A model generated the notes under the pieces. The model was not told the origin of the DNA and made no database searches. It worked only from the letters and a program-made list of their open reading frames with translations. A stretch of DNA of 64,000 nucleotides from Octopus bimaculoides. Its lineage: Eukaryota. How positions within the stretch are numbered: the stretch's first letter is position 1; every line of letters starts with the position of its first letter. The position numbers were made by a program, and so were the translations under genes. Shown piece after piece: positions 22,870-36,729 of this stretch. The stretch is taken from positions 26,324,109 to 26,388,108 of the forward strand of contig NC_069000.1 in the NCBI RefSeq assembly GCF_001194135.2, given 5' to 3'.

Positions 22870-24770
22870 TCTACTAAATGATGGCCAGAATAAAAAAGTG
22901 AGAGCTTTGAATGCAGAGGAAATTGCTGAGACTGAAAAAGAAATCTGCAAAACACCACTAAAATCATTCAAAATAGGAATCTTGCACTCGACAAATAAAC
23001 CAGCTATTCACTGGGATCGATTCTCAAAGTATCAACGTTATGTCGAGCATCTGTTTCTTCATCACAAACTGGCCACAATCACCTTGAATGCTGCAGAAAT
23101 TTTAACCACCATCAAATTGGCGATCAGACTAAAGCAACAAGAATATTGTGATCAATACCCTAAGTAATATCAAGGTTCATTCAAGAACCTTGGATTGTAT
23201 CATGATCAAGAATTGATTATCTGATGTCAACGGTAACTAAAAAATAACATCACGGTTGAAAATAGACCCATAATCTTGTCACCTAAACATAGATTCACAG
23301 AACTATTTGTTATGAAGTTACATGAACAACATCATTCTGGATGAATCAGAACTCTGGCAATATTGCACAAAGATTAATGGTTACCAAGAGGATGCGCTGA
23401 AGTTAAAAGAATCCTGAGAGAATGTATAGTCTGTTGGAAACATTGGGTGAAACCTTTCCAACAGGTACTGATGCCCGACCTGCCAGCAGACCGTGTCAAT
23501 ATTAGCAAATCATTTGCTGAAACAGCAGTTGATTATTTAGGCCCTATATTCATCAAAACTGACAGTGACAACAAGAAAGTTTGGATTTGTCTCTTCACTT
23601 GCCTATCAATGAGAGAAGTGCATTTGGAACCTGCCTATGGGTTGAGTGCTGAAGACTCTCAATTGTCTCAGATGCTTCATAGCAAAGAATGGGACACCAT
23701 GTAAAATCTATAGTGACAATGGAATAAATTTTGTGGCAGTAACCAATTTAGTAAATAATATCAAATGGCACACCACTTGCTCCCTGGGAAGGAGGATTAT
23801 TTGAAAGACTTATCAAAAAAGGTCTTTAAATGATCGATTGGACATCAATTACTCAACCACAACCAACTAATCACTATCCTACCAGAAGTCTAACACTCTT
23901 TTGACAGCTGACCACTGACGTATGTTCCAGTAGATCTTGAAGAAAACTACAGAATTCTGCGATCCGTTGACCTTCTACAACCCAATAGATAAAACATCAC
24001 TATTACTCAAATGGATGCCCCCATCCTGGGAACACAGTCAACAGAAAACTGGCAAATTTTGGGAGATTTGGCAGATGGATTACCTCTATTCACTCAATGA
24101 AAGATCCAAAGTACATAAACAAATATGATCAGTTCACAAGGCACAACCAAGAAGGGGACAAGTTGTTATGGTGATAGAATCAGACCCAAGGAATCTTTGG
24201 CCATTAGCAGTCATTATTGATGTACAGATAGATTTATCCGAAAGGTCAAATTAAAAATGTCTAATACCAAACAAATATTATGGCGGCCAATTGCTTCTCT
24301 TTGCCCCCTTGAGGTCCCCTCAAATGAAATAGAGAATGAGTCTGGAGAAAAAGACAAGCATGCGAATACAGTCGGGAAACAAGACCCAATTACTGTACGA
24401 CAATCCAATAGAATAGAAAAAAGGAAACAGCAAGGTCTTTGATTGCGCTAATGAATCAACACAGAACAAATTATTAGTGGACATGGACCACAGGTAGAAC
24501 TATATCAATGTTAATAGAGTAGAATCTTGAAATATTGTTTGAAAGAAGTTTGCTGTCAGTTCATGTGCCATTTCTGACAACTTTTTATCGCCGAGAGATT
24601 GTTGTGATGTGTAGTTTATGAATTGGTGCTGCATGTTTTTGTAGTGGTTGACATCATGTTTGATAGCATTGGCAAATTTAAAAATAAAGCCAAGATTGTC
24701 AACAATTAGTGAGTCGAGGTTCAACCAGTTGAAGAGAAGAAAACAAAGAAGCCACATCCATTATATAACA
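22870..24770 (+). mobile_element. BEL/Pao LTR retrotransposon 3' remnant (integrase, probable 3' LTR 24600-24770)
   Basis: MPDLPADRV..FAETAVDYLGP..KVWICLFTC..VHLE, IYSDNGINF and APWEGGLFERLI are Pao integrase motifs. A TGTTG..ATAACA segment follows ATCGCCGAGAGAT. Confidence 0.85.
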
Positions 24771-25419
24771 ATTTCTACAACAAACTTCTGGACATATTTA
24801 TGATCAAACAGAGAAAAAGAGTTGTTGCACTTAAAGGACACAAATCAACTGTACATATGTATCTCTTTTTGTGTTAATAAACTAACAGTTTCCACAAGAC
24901 CATCATGTTGCTATATTCCTTGATTATTGGTGAAGTTTGTATTTCCAGTCAGTCATTTTTCTTTCTATCTTGATACCAAGATATTTATCTCTTTTTGTAG
25001 TAACAAGCAAAGTTTTTCACACTGTGCACCAGTACAGGTAAATGCTTTTTTTGATGGAGAGAGTGTGCATTGTGCTGCACAAGCAATGATCACTATAAAC
25101 AAAACCATGTGCAGATAGTTCAGCAAAAATACTATCAGCAAGTACCAACATAAAGTTTTAATAGAGAGGGTGTAAAAAAAAAAATCCTATGACAATGAAG
25201 GGATAGCAATAGGAACAGGTGAAGGATGTCACTGAAAATTCTTAGCTTGAACTTCGCACATAGGTGGTGAAAGATGGCTGCTTTACACATCTGCAGATAA
25301 CTGTGTAATTTGTGTCCTCCTTTCACAACAAAGCAGCCCTGTTTAGAATGATATTGCTTTCCTCCTATGGAGGAGAGATCAAGAAAATGTGACCTGAAGA
25401 TTGCTTATTTGATTAGCTC

Positions 25420-27320
25420 CTTGTCATTAGGTGCAAATGACTGGGGATCCAAATCTGCACCAGAAGATTGAAGCACTGCTTTGGCTGCCCATGTCTTGCA
25501 GGAAAAAAACATTAGAATAGCAGCTCTTTCAGATTAGCAGACTGTAGTCAGCTACAGGAAGTTGATGGTGGATACACCTTTTCTGGATGGGTAAGCCTCA
25601 GGAAGTAAAGAAACAGACAGGTGTTGGGTTTGCTATTCAGAATGACCTAGTGAAACATCTTGAATTTCTGCCTGTTAGCATTAGTGAGAGACTGTCATTG
25701 TGTAACTGCATTGGCAAAAATATATATGCAATTATTTTCAGCTACCATGCTCCAACCACGAACTCAAATGAAGTAGTCAAAGAGCAGTTCTACTCTCAGG
25801 TATGTAGCAAGTTGAGAGATATCTCCATCCATGATCAACTTCTCTTTGGTGATTTCAATGCATGTGTAGGTTGTGATACATCCATATCAGGTGACATAAT
25901 AGGGAGGCATGGAGTTGGTAAGACAAACGACTATCTGCTGCTATCACTTTGCAGTGAGTATGGACTTTTGATTACAAATACTATTTTCCAACTCCCCAAC
26001 CACCACAAAACTAACTAAAAGCATCCCCAATCAAACCATTATCACCTCATTGATTTCATAAACGTGACATCTTCCATGAAGGAAGATGTCCAAGTAACAT
26101 ATTCTTTCTTCATTGGGGAGTGTTGGTCTGATCAGAGACTGATAGATCAAAAGTAAATTTTACTATCAGCAGTCCTATTTGTAACAATCACACTTAACCA
26201 ATTTGAAAAGTGGACATGACAAAGCTGAGGAGCAATGACAATTTAACCTCATTTCAAACAAACTGTGACAACAAACTTGCTGGCATCTCAGACAACATAG
26301 ATACTGAATCAGTGTGGTCTGCTTTTAAAAGTGCTGTATTTAAGTCATCTTGTGAAACAATCATGTATGTTAAGAGGAAATACCAAGATTGGTTTGACTC
26401 AAGGGATCCAAACATCTCTCCTTTTTGGACCTGTGTCCGATGGCTCAACTCCCATACTTTCAATTGAGGGTAATCTTCTGACAGATAAAAAGATCACAAA
26501 GTGCTGGACAGAGCATTTTTCAAATGTTCTGAATATGAACTCAATTGTTGAAGAACCTACCACAGAGGCCTGCCCTTGAAGAACTCTCAGTTGCTCCATC
26601 AAATGCTGACATAAAAAAAAAAGGCCATAAAACCGCTCACAAATGGAAAGTTGTCCAGAGCAATGGCATACCAGCTGATATATACAGGGTGGGCCAAAAG
26701 TAGGTAAACACTTTTAAAATTGACTTATTTGTTTTTTACAGGTACCGTGAATAATGTTCTGTTTGTTACAGTGTTCTGGGACGTTTGATGAATGTTCCCA
26801 TGTTGAAGGAGGACATTTCGACCTTTTATGAGATTAAACTTTGTTTCATAAATATAATTGTAATAAATGAGTGTAAAAGTAATAAAATGAAAAATATTTC
26901 AAAGTGTATAGCTACTTTTGGCTCACCCTGTATAAATGTGGTTGCAGTCCCCTGCTGAACAAGTCATGTGATCTTTTCTTAATCTGATGCAACATTCCTT
27001 TTTCTTCCTAAGGAAACAAAGCACCAGAACACCGGATCTGGTGCCAGTCTTGCTCTTCCTCAGTTCAAAGATTTGAGTAAAGTTGACTCCAACACCAGGA
27101 CCAACTACATGCAAGTATGAAGGGATGCTGGCAAAACACTGCTCTTCCACATGGAAATCTTAGTAAATAATCCACAAGCACTCAAGCAAACTGAGTTTCC
27201 AATTTGTTCCATTTGCCAAAAGGTTTGCGAGGCACCAGCAGGCCTCAAGAGACACATTCATGTCCCTAGAACAGGATCAACACTTTATTTTACTAAACTC
27301 TCATTTGTCATTCACACCAA
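25420..27320 (+). mobile_element. Decayed RTE/BovB-like LINE (APE endonuclease, internally deleted, C-terminal C2H2)
   Basis: GVGFAI..YHAPT..KEQFY..GDFNACVG (endonuclease) and CSICQKVCEAPAGLKRH near the 3' end. Confidence 0.8.
26685..26930. mobile_element. Tc1/mariner MITE nested in the LINE
   Basis: TA|CAGGGTGGGCCAAAAGTAG ... CTACTTTTGGCTCACCCTG|TA. Confidence 0.85.
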
Positions 27321-27524
27321 GAGAATCAATCATTATATATACATACATACATACACACACACATATATATATATATATATAGATAAATATATAAGATATA
27401 TAGATGGATAGACAGATACAGATACAGATATATATANNNNNNNNNNNNNNNNNNNNNNNNNNNNNNNNNNNNNNNNNNNNNNNNNNNNNNNNNNNNNNNN
27501 NNNNNNNNNNNNNNNNNNNNNNNN

Positions 27525-27566
<42 letters not shown>

Positions 27567-28879
27567 ATTCTCTTGTTGATACACATATATATGTAAATAG
27601 ACACACACATATTTATATAACACCTTTGCATGTGCATATACATGTGTGTGCATGCATATTTGTTTACATTTGTTAGATTGATGAAATCATTAAAATACAT
27701 TATCTTTTAGTTTGAAAAGGAAATAAAGGCTTGTATCAGAAAGGACAATTATGGAAAAATGGACTAAAATGAAAGAAAAAAAATGAAAGCATATTATTGT
27801 TCATGTAACATTTATATATAGGCTATGTTATGTGAATGATATTTTGAAAACAAACGCGTTTAATATTTAATTTCATAAATATATTTAAATATGTATGTAT
27901 GTGTGAAACTGATAAATATAATTTATGATGAAAGTTTGCAGTTTTATTTTGATTAAAGTACCAGCATCTTTAGAGCAAAACTTTTGAAAGCTGTCCACCT
28001 GTGTTACTGCCTGTGTCTCTCATTCCCACTCCATTTGTTGCTTTACCAACAGGGCTCACATTACGTTTTATTATATCTAAGAAACAAATGACAGATTAGG
28101 ACTGTCCATATTTTAAAACTGATTTCACACTACCGGGGCATATAGTCATTATAGATACATTATGGTCATGCTATTTAGCTCTCATTAGTTTTGCCTTCGC
28201 AGGAGCTAGCTTAAAAGTCTGTATGGAGTGCAGCTTTTAAGTTAGTACTACATATAGCAGAATACATAACATATTTAGTATCTCCTGGAAAATCTATTTA
28301 AAAAGGCTGGCTTGCTGAGAGTGGTAGTCAGTCAGATCAAAGATAGATTTGTTATTGATCTAAATAACAACAACATCATTGGTGGCAAAACTACATCTTA
28401 CTGTTAGTTTTGTTTCATTTTGAGAAATAAAAATATATTGTATGATTTACTCTTATTTATATTTTGAATTACATATATATATGGGGACACAAATATCTTA
28501 GGGCTTCTGGGTCTTAATCCAGCCCTGATCACAGTTGAAACCTTCAATCAGTAGTCTACTCAATGTATTGACCTAAGGTTAATCAACATTGAATATCATA
28601 TGTCACACATTATGTGATCCCAATATGGTAAGGAATCTTAGAATTGCTAACATTCTCAGGGCTGCTACTGCCCAAAATCATGTTGCTGGTAGAAATCTTT
28701 CTACAAAGTCAGAAATGTGTTGTAAAGGACGTCATACAGCTTTATTTGCACATTTCCTTGTGAATACTTCATTATTGTGATTAAATAGAGTAGATGTGAA
28801 TGTTTTAAGAGCTACAATAAAAGTTTCTTGTTTCATGTGTCAGGCAAATTATATTTATATATTATCCGAAATATATTCT

Positions 28880-29945
28880 ATTATATACCCATCACGGTTG
28901 ATCTTATCAATTAGTTTTGTGCAAGGTATACAATTAGTTTTGTGTTAGGTAACAATCCAATTATATAACCTTACGCTCATCAGAGCTAACCAGTATGGAA
29001 GTGAATGTGGTGACTGCTCTTTATTGTCGGAGGTGGATTAACACAACCGGTCAGTGGATGCTGTGAAAGAGGTGGTGAAACAAAAAAGGACCAGGTTAGG
29101 AGTTATGTCTCTTGGTTGGATATGCAGTGAGGCTGGCAAGAGTTATCTTGAAATGTTTGTGGGGTAAGTGTGCATTATTAAGTGGTGCTCCTGTGGGGGT
29201 TGGGGGTGATATGTATAGTGGTATAACATGCATAATTTTTTCAGGAGTGTAGGTATATATAGCTATATTCATTGATCTGTTTGCTTTCTGTAAAGGATAA
29301 GGTCGTGGGGGGGTTTATGTTAGCATGTGGTGTGTAATGTATGGGGAGGTCTATATATATGTGGGGGTAAAATGTGTGTGAAGGGGTATAAGTTGGGAGT
29401 AGTGGGAGTGTCTATTCTGTGAGGTGCCCACCTTATAAGGGTGTGTGTGTATGCATTGGTGGAAGGCCAAGGCCGGTGTCCTGTAGTTACAGTCATGTTG
29501 GGATGTGCAAGTACAATAGGATGTACTTCCTTTCATGTGGGCAAGGATTAAACACCTCACTCCTGCTATTCAGGTAAACTTTCAGACACTGGGTACCCTT
29601 TAAAATTGCTCTCTTCTCAGCCAGGCATAACCTGCTATTGAAGTATGGTTTGCACTTCTCAAAGTATCTTCCACTTTATGCTGTACACTGTGGCACTTCC
29701 TTTCAAAGAGCAAAAGTGCTTAGTTAGGGTTGTGGCATTGTGTCTTTCTGGGATGTTGAAGGAGGACTTGTGGTTGTTAAAACAGGTTCTGAAGAGGCCT
29801 TCCATTGTCTATAAGGTCCTGTAGCTGCTACCCCTGCCTCATATACAGCTGTCTCCGTGTTGCAGTGGCCGTTCAGTGGACAAGTTGTGTTACCCCTGCA
29901 TGAGCATCCCGCCTCTGCTGTAAGTGTAGGCCTACCTACTAAAAT
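28880..29945 (-). mobile_element. Penelope-like element 3' remnant (GIY-YIG endonuclease region plus terminal repeat)
   Basis: Broken frames give CSCRGNTTCPLNGHCNTETAVYEA, FKTxFNNHKSSF, YSIKWKIL, LCLAEK and LNSRSEVFNPCPH (29510-29920). CTGATGA core at 28977-28983 downstream. Confidence 0.75.
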
Positions 29946-32900
29946 CGTTTTTATACGAGGTGCACAGCTAAAGAATAATCTCAGGGTATGTCAATTATAT
30001 ATATATATATGTAATGGAACAAAATAAATACTGAAGCTCTCGTGTGATATGGAAATGATGTGTTGGTTATATAATTCTTATCAAAAATTTTAAGAACAAA
30101 GCAAAAAAAAAAAATCATTGCGGTATCAACAATTTAAGAGGGACCAGCGATAAGAAGGGCATCCTGCCATTACACAAAAACTATGATAAAAATTATGATG
30201 TGCCCAACTACACATTACTTCCATCAGATAAAACACCACTCTGCGATGGAAAAACGAACGTAGAAGCAATGTATGTGTATATTTATGTGTGTGTATGTGT
30301 TGGTTACTAATGTCCAAATTCGTTTTTCTGTATCAGTTTTAATTTACTCGAAGACGGTTATCTTCTCGCAGTTTATTGCAAGGGAAGTAACTGCAGTAAA
30401 AGTGTCTTCTGAATAGATTTGGTCCAGATAAGAGAAATGCGGTTTAGGATGAGTTAATAATCCTACTTATCCTAATTCCACACTTCATACTTCTTATGAA
30501 AAACGTCTGTTACAGAAATTATTTATATATAAGTTAATTTACTATCCAAATATTTGTAGAATCGTCTAACACTTGAGAACTAAAAAAAATCATGTGGATA
30601 AGGAGCAGAGGATATGAAAATGTTGAAAGATTGGTGAATATCCAAGATAAACTATGGTGAAAAAAATCTTAATAAACTTAAAACTATTAAAAAAATTTAA
30701 TAATAATACATGACTTGAACATGTTAATTCAAAATTATTCTTAGACCTTATGTGATTAGCTGTTTTTGAGAATTTGAAAAAACTGAAACTAAATTGACAA
30801 TGTGCTGGGGATTTCCAAATGAGATTCATTGTATGCTATCATCTGAGCATTGTGTAAAAGCGTATGACATTATCTGAAGTTTAATGCATGTACTGAATTC
30901 ATTCAACAACTTGAAATGGTTTCTCATTTTCAAATCAAAGAAGTAAAAAAGACATATTGCATGTGTGTAATATGTTGATGGAAACAAATATAATTTGCAT
31001 TTAGTAAAATGCTTTAAATATTGAAAAAGAAACACTTTTAAGGTAGCATGTAAATCCACAAAAATAAAGTGAGGAATTTGAAAGTGAAGAGTTTGCAAGT
31101 ATTTATGTAATTGGTCTAAAACAAAATGACAGTGATCAATGTGAAAATAATGTAGACTTTAAAATGCCAGTTGACAACTGGTAGTCAGGTAACTATAGTA
31201 ATTCAAATCTGGTTGATCCAAATTAAGATAGTGTAATCTCAAACTAAATCAGTTTGATGGATCATAATTTTAGGTAAGTTTAACAAATAAATGGAAGTTG
31301 ATAAGAGTATAGATGCTGGGAGTGCTGCTATATTTGAATAAAGCAAACATCACGAATTGCTTGATATGGATGTGATGAGTACTGATAGTTCAAGGACAAA
31401 GAGGTTTTTAAGTAAGATAATCATCTTAAGACCATACAGATAAAGCTAACAAAGTTGATAACAAAAGCTGAGGAAACTAATTAATGAAGGCCTTTTGAAA
31501 AAAAGATCCCTCTAAGTGAAAATAAATAGAAATCTCAGAATATATGGAAATTAAGTGTAAATGAAAGAATTTGATCACATTCCTATCTAGTTCCAAATAG
31601 TGAATCAATATTTCATTCTCTTTCTGGCAAGAGTTAATAATACTGATTAATAATATTATAGGGACTTAAAAACAGACAGCCCTGTTTCAGAAAACAATTA
31701 AACATGTTGAAAATCTTCAGCAAGAAAACATACAGTTGTGACTTAGTGGTAAATAGGTATACTAACCCATGCAAATCAAATAAACTGACAAATATTGATA
31801 ATGAATAAAATGCAAAAATCAGTTTTGAATGTTATTCTAGCTATTATTAAAGATTGCAATTTAACAACCAATGCAAGAACAATTACAAATAATGTTAGAT
31901 ACAATTCTTAAAAAAATAAAAAAACAATATGGAGATGTCATGTCATTAATATTGTTGCAGAATTGCATACACTTTATATTTATATGTTGGTTAAGATTTT
32001 AAAATGACAACTAGAGATTGGTTATTCAACTTGATAAAACTTCTGAATGTAAAGGAAAACATGCAACTATAGCTTTACTTGGGTAAATTTAGTATGACAT
32101 GACACAAAGCAACAAAATATATTACTCCCCACAAAAATAATCTTCTGAGTGGAGTATATTTTGGTGGGTAGGCTGAAATTGGTTCCACTGAAGTAACTGA
32201 TTGTTGACGATGGTTATCACCAATAGAAAATAATGTTAACAACTCATGGTACAGACGACAGTAAATCATACCAGGACACAGTTGTGCTTCTGGAAACTTG
32301 ATGTATTTAAAGGAAACAAGCCGAGTCTTTTTCAACCTAGAATCAAAAAGGATTCAAAAGGTAACTAGATTATATAAATAAGCAACATGGAACATGTAAC
32401 AACAGATATCAATATTAAGTTGAAATGTATCAGAATTAAAATATTTTACAATGTGCATTAACATATTTCACTCCTGCTTGGAGCTATAAAATGCACATGC
32501 ATATATCATCATCATTTAATGTGAATGTGGGGCATAATGTATCAATTCTCCAAATTTTGAAAATAGCGTCAAATAAAAACCAACATGTAACAGTTAACAT
32601 GGATTAACATACAAAAATGCATCATGATTCTGATAAGCTCTTTCGATGGAATGGGAGACAATTTTAAATGCTTGTTTCATATATTCATAACTATATTTGA
32701 ACTACTGTAAATATGTGAAATTCCAACATTTGGTGAGACATAAATGGTTCATCCACAAATGGAATGAAACACAGCAATATTTGGATAAAACTGACAAATT
32801 GTAGGTGACTGCTGCAAACAATAAAGTAACATGAGTGACATCCGAAGTTAAAAAAACTCAACCTTTATCAAAATAAAGAAGCAACAACCATGTTTACAGA

Positions 32901-34426
32901 ACAACAGTTACTTTGAAAGTTAAATTAGTTATGAAAAAGTCCTACATTCAACACAAGGAGTCCAGATTATGTTGTATGCTTCTTGCTTAACATCCGAGTA
33001 CCTTGGAATACACTTAGGGCTAACATAAATATCACAAAGGTCAGCAACCAAAATCTGTTCCAGCATCTCTTGCAGATGGAGTACTCAGTGTCCTCTTCCT
33101 CTGAATTACATGCACTATCTGGTAACCATCATTATTGTCACATTTTGCACTACCTGTTTTCTGCCATTTCGGAGCAAGTAACCCTCTTTCCTTTCCACTC
33201 TTAGTCTTTTGCTGCTTCTTCACTGCATGTCCTGTCTCAAACTTGATTCTGTGTAAATATCAATAATTATATAAAGATGCTGCTAAAACACTCACACTTC
33301 CTTCTTTTCTTCTATTTATAGAAGCCCATGAGCTATAAATTTAGTGACCCAATATGCTCTGCTTTTATATTTACTTAAATTTCAGAATTACCAAGGAAAT
33401 TTCCTTTATCCAGTAGAACATAGGCAAAGAAGATACTCTGAACATACCATAAATCCAAATCTGCAGTACTTCTTGCAGCACAGCAAAGTTTCAAGTTTCA
33501 TTTCACAATTGAAAATTGGTTGGTCTAGTGACTGAAGTTTGTGATTCAGAATGAAGAGCTTGAAAAGAAGTGACCAGGAAGAATGCAAATTTTTTTAGCA
33601 GGAAGGAATGATGCAATTCATAATGGCTACTAATCATACTTCTTGGAGTTGGGAGAAAAATAATGAAAATCTAGCAAATGACCCACTCCCCCTATAATCC
33701 TGTATTATATAGTTCCAAGCAGGAGTGAAATATGTATGTTGATGTACTTTGTAAGATATTTGAATTCTGAAACATTTCGTATTAGCTATCAACCCGGTTT
33801 TGAACATAACCACTTTCTTATTGCCATGATTCAGTATGCCAGGTGGATGATAGGTACAAAATAGTCTGCCAGGAAAAGCTAATGTAGTACCCCAGTGTCC
33901 TGTAAAAGCTGGGATTTGCTTCACAGAACGATTTCCTTATTCGTAATTTAATTTTGCTAGGTGATTTTTTAGGGCTTTCTGTTTACATTATCAGCCTTTG
34001 TTGACACTTTCCATACATATTACATAATTAGACCTCATGTCAGAAGTGATGTTTGTTGTTGCTCATATTTGGCGAATATGAACCCTGCTTTGCCAGTTCT
34101 GCTGTTCACATTAGACTGCCATCACTACTAATCACACTGCCCAAGGAAATGAAATTGTTCACATCGTCCACAACTTGCACAATGAAAATAGGTTGAGATT
34201 TTATATAAATACTTAATGTCCACTTTCACATGCTTGCATAGGTTAGACAATGAGGCAGATTTTTTTTTTGCAGCCAAATGCCTTATTACCATCCCTCACC
34301 TGTTTTCAAGTAAGATAAATTTCCCCATGGTTAGACAAACCTTTCATTTAAAACTGGAAACGAGCAGCATTGCTAGTATGACATGCTCATTTACAACCAT
34401 CACATATGAAGACAAAGGGACACACA

Positions 34427-34585
34427 TGTATGACAGGTTTCTTTTAGTTTCCACCCCCAGATCTACTTGAAAGCTTTGGTTGACATAGAAGTATAGTAAA
34501 AGAACAATTACCCAAGGTGCTACAGTGAAATTGGACTCAAGACCACATTGTTGGGAAGCAAGCTTCTTAACCACACAGCCATACC
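34427..34585 (-). mobile_element. SINE family A, 5' part
   Basis: tRNA-like head GGCTGTGTGGTTAAGAAGCTTGCTTCCCAAC; diverged. Confidence 0.7.
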
Positions 34586-36653
34586 TGCACCTGTACCTCT
34601 CTATCAATCCACACGGATTTCTTGTTATCCACTGCAGCCATACTCGACAATACTTAAGGATTTTTTCGATCTTACCAACCCCAAAACTTATTTCTAAATC
34701 TGGTACAGATTAATCTAATCTATAGGACATAAAAACACTTCTTTTGATAAATAGTGTTAATACAACGCAGATACTCATATCTACCAATTTCTGTCACTTG
34801 GCTTCAAAGGTGTTGTCAGGTACTAAAGTTAGGAGCGAGCAGATAGAAAAAAAGGGCGCCGTAACACATACCAAACGATTTTTAACTCATTTCTCTTAAC
34901 ATTACGCGAAATGTTTCATTAGTTATAATATACGCAATTGTATTCTACATTCATTAATTTCATGTTTCAGTAAAACATGTCATTGTCATATTGTTTTCAA
35001 CAATAATTAAAACAAGCAGATCTTTTAATCTATATCTTAGATCTGAACTACTTCTATATGCAATTAAGGGGACATAATTCTGTTCTCTCTTGTTACAATC
35101 AAGATGTATGAAACAGAATTACTGATATAGTCAACGAAAGAGTTGAAAAGGCGCCAGGGAAGCTGTCTGTCCCCTAATAGCTACGTCACTACTTGGTATT
35201 AGACATTCTGAGGTTATAGAAGACTTAAGATAACCAAGCAGTAGAATTGAATTTGTAACCATGTGATTTACTAAGAAAATTTAAATCGGAGTCATCCTTT
35301 CTTAGTACAGAAACAAAAAAAAAATTATGACGATATGGAGACAAACGAGAGGGAAAGAGATGAGCTTTGTTTATGGAATATATATACCTTAAATGCTTCA
35401 CCAAAAATGTACACGACCCTGCAAATAAAGTTGATTGCAATCTAATTTGACGTGGGGTTGCGATTGTAAAATTTTATCCTAAAATCTCACTCAAAGCACA
35501 CGTACATTTCAAGAAGATGGGTAATAATGGTTGGTCATAACAGAAATTTCTTTGATCAATCCTTGAAATCATATGGACGCGGCATATATTACAATCGACT
35601 TTGCAACACTGAAAATGGTAGTTCTGATAATTGACTGAATATAAAATCATAGGCCACCAAATCTTTAATAGGACACTAGCGAGGGCAAAAGTTAAGTCGC
35701 TTGCCCCACACAAAATAGCAGTCAAATCTCTAGATTACACTGGATAACGTAGTCAAGGTTGTATCGTCTATATTAAAGATGAGATAGGGAAGTCATTTTG
35801 CCTTTGATCAGAGCCGACTGGTCAAAAGCAACAGGCCCTTATCCCTCTTAAGTACGGATTTGCAGCCCCAAATATTCTGCGTAGTAACCTTTTGTTTTGC
35901 CTAACACAAGTAGATAGAAAACTTTTTAAAATTCAAATTGGTTCCTAAGGCTTACTTGGCTTTAAAGAATACACTATAAGTCAAAACCAGCTAAGTTTCT
36001 GCTTTCATTGCCTATGCTACAATCTGGTCAACCATTACTATCCATATTATGGATACTTTATACTTAGGCCGCACCCCCTCCCCTCAAAATTTGGCACTGC
36101 GAGCTTTCAGTCTTTTTCATTACGAGTGCCGCAAATGTTCTCGTTTCACGTTAGCTACATTTTAACGTTGGATTAATAAAAAGTTTTGAAGCTCGTTCTC
36201 ATGTGAAATAGTCTAAGCGTACTCGAACCACAAATGGAGTAATAGTAAGCATGAAGATCATAAACTCAGTTTACGACCATGACATACAGCGAAAAGTATT
36301 CACTAAACAATTTAGTAATAACTTCACATTGCCATGCTGTCGCAAGGCATTTGAGAATTACCTACTGTTGCTCTCTCCATTAAGAATTCGTTAGAAAAAA
36401 AAGTCTTTCAATACAAAACACGACAGGAAGACAAACAAAACTACTGTTCTTTCGGGGAGGTTTTACAGATGAAGAGCAAAATCCCACATTATCAAGATAA
36501 TTTTAATATAAAGAAAAATACCATTATAAAGTCAACACAGTTATTAAAATTAGATGCAATTGAATTTAACAATAAAAGCAAAGAGGACACCATAATATGA
36601 AGAAAATCGCACGCATTCAGAAGAAAATGTCAGACTTTACGGATGGCTTTGTT

Positions 36654-36669
36654 GGCCCTTAAAAGGGCC
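36654..36669 (-). terminator. Histone 3' stem-loop
   Basis: CCAAAC-GGCCCT-TTTA-AGGGCC-AACAAA, 60 nt after the stop. HDE-like TAAAGTCTG at 36631-36639. Confidence 0.92.
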
Positions 36670-36729
36670 GTTTGGCAGATGAAGATATTAAAAAAAAAAG
36701 GTGGTAAAAACGAGACGACGTTTGGAATC

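Noticed and set aside
28160-28262. Hairpin CTAGCTTAAAAG..CTTTTAAGTTAG as pre-miRNA or H/ACA RNA
   Set aside because: Stem too short (about 17 bp) and no convincing H/ACA boxes.
30850-31900. Purine-rich, coding-like stretch that might be a processed pseudogene
   Set aside because: Stops in all frames and no recognisable homology; cannot be supported.
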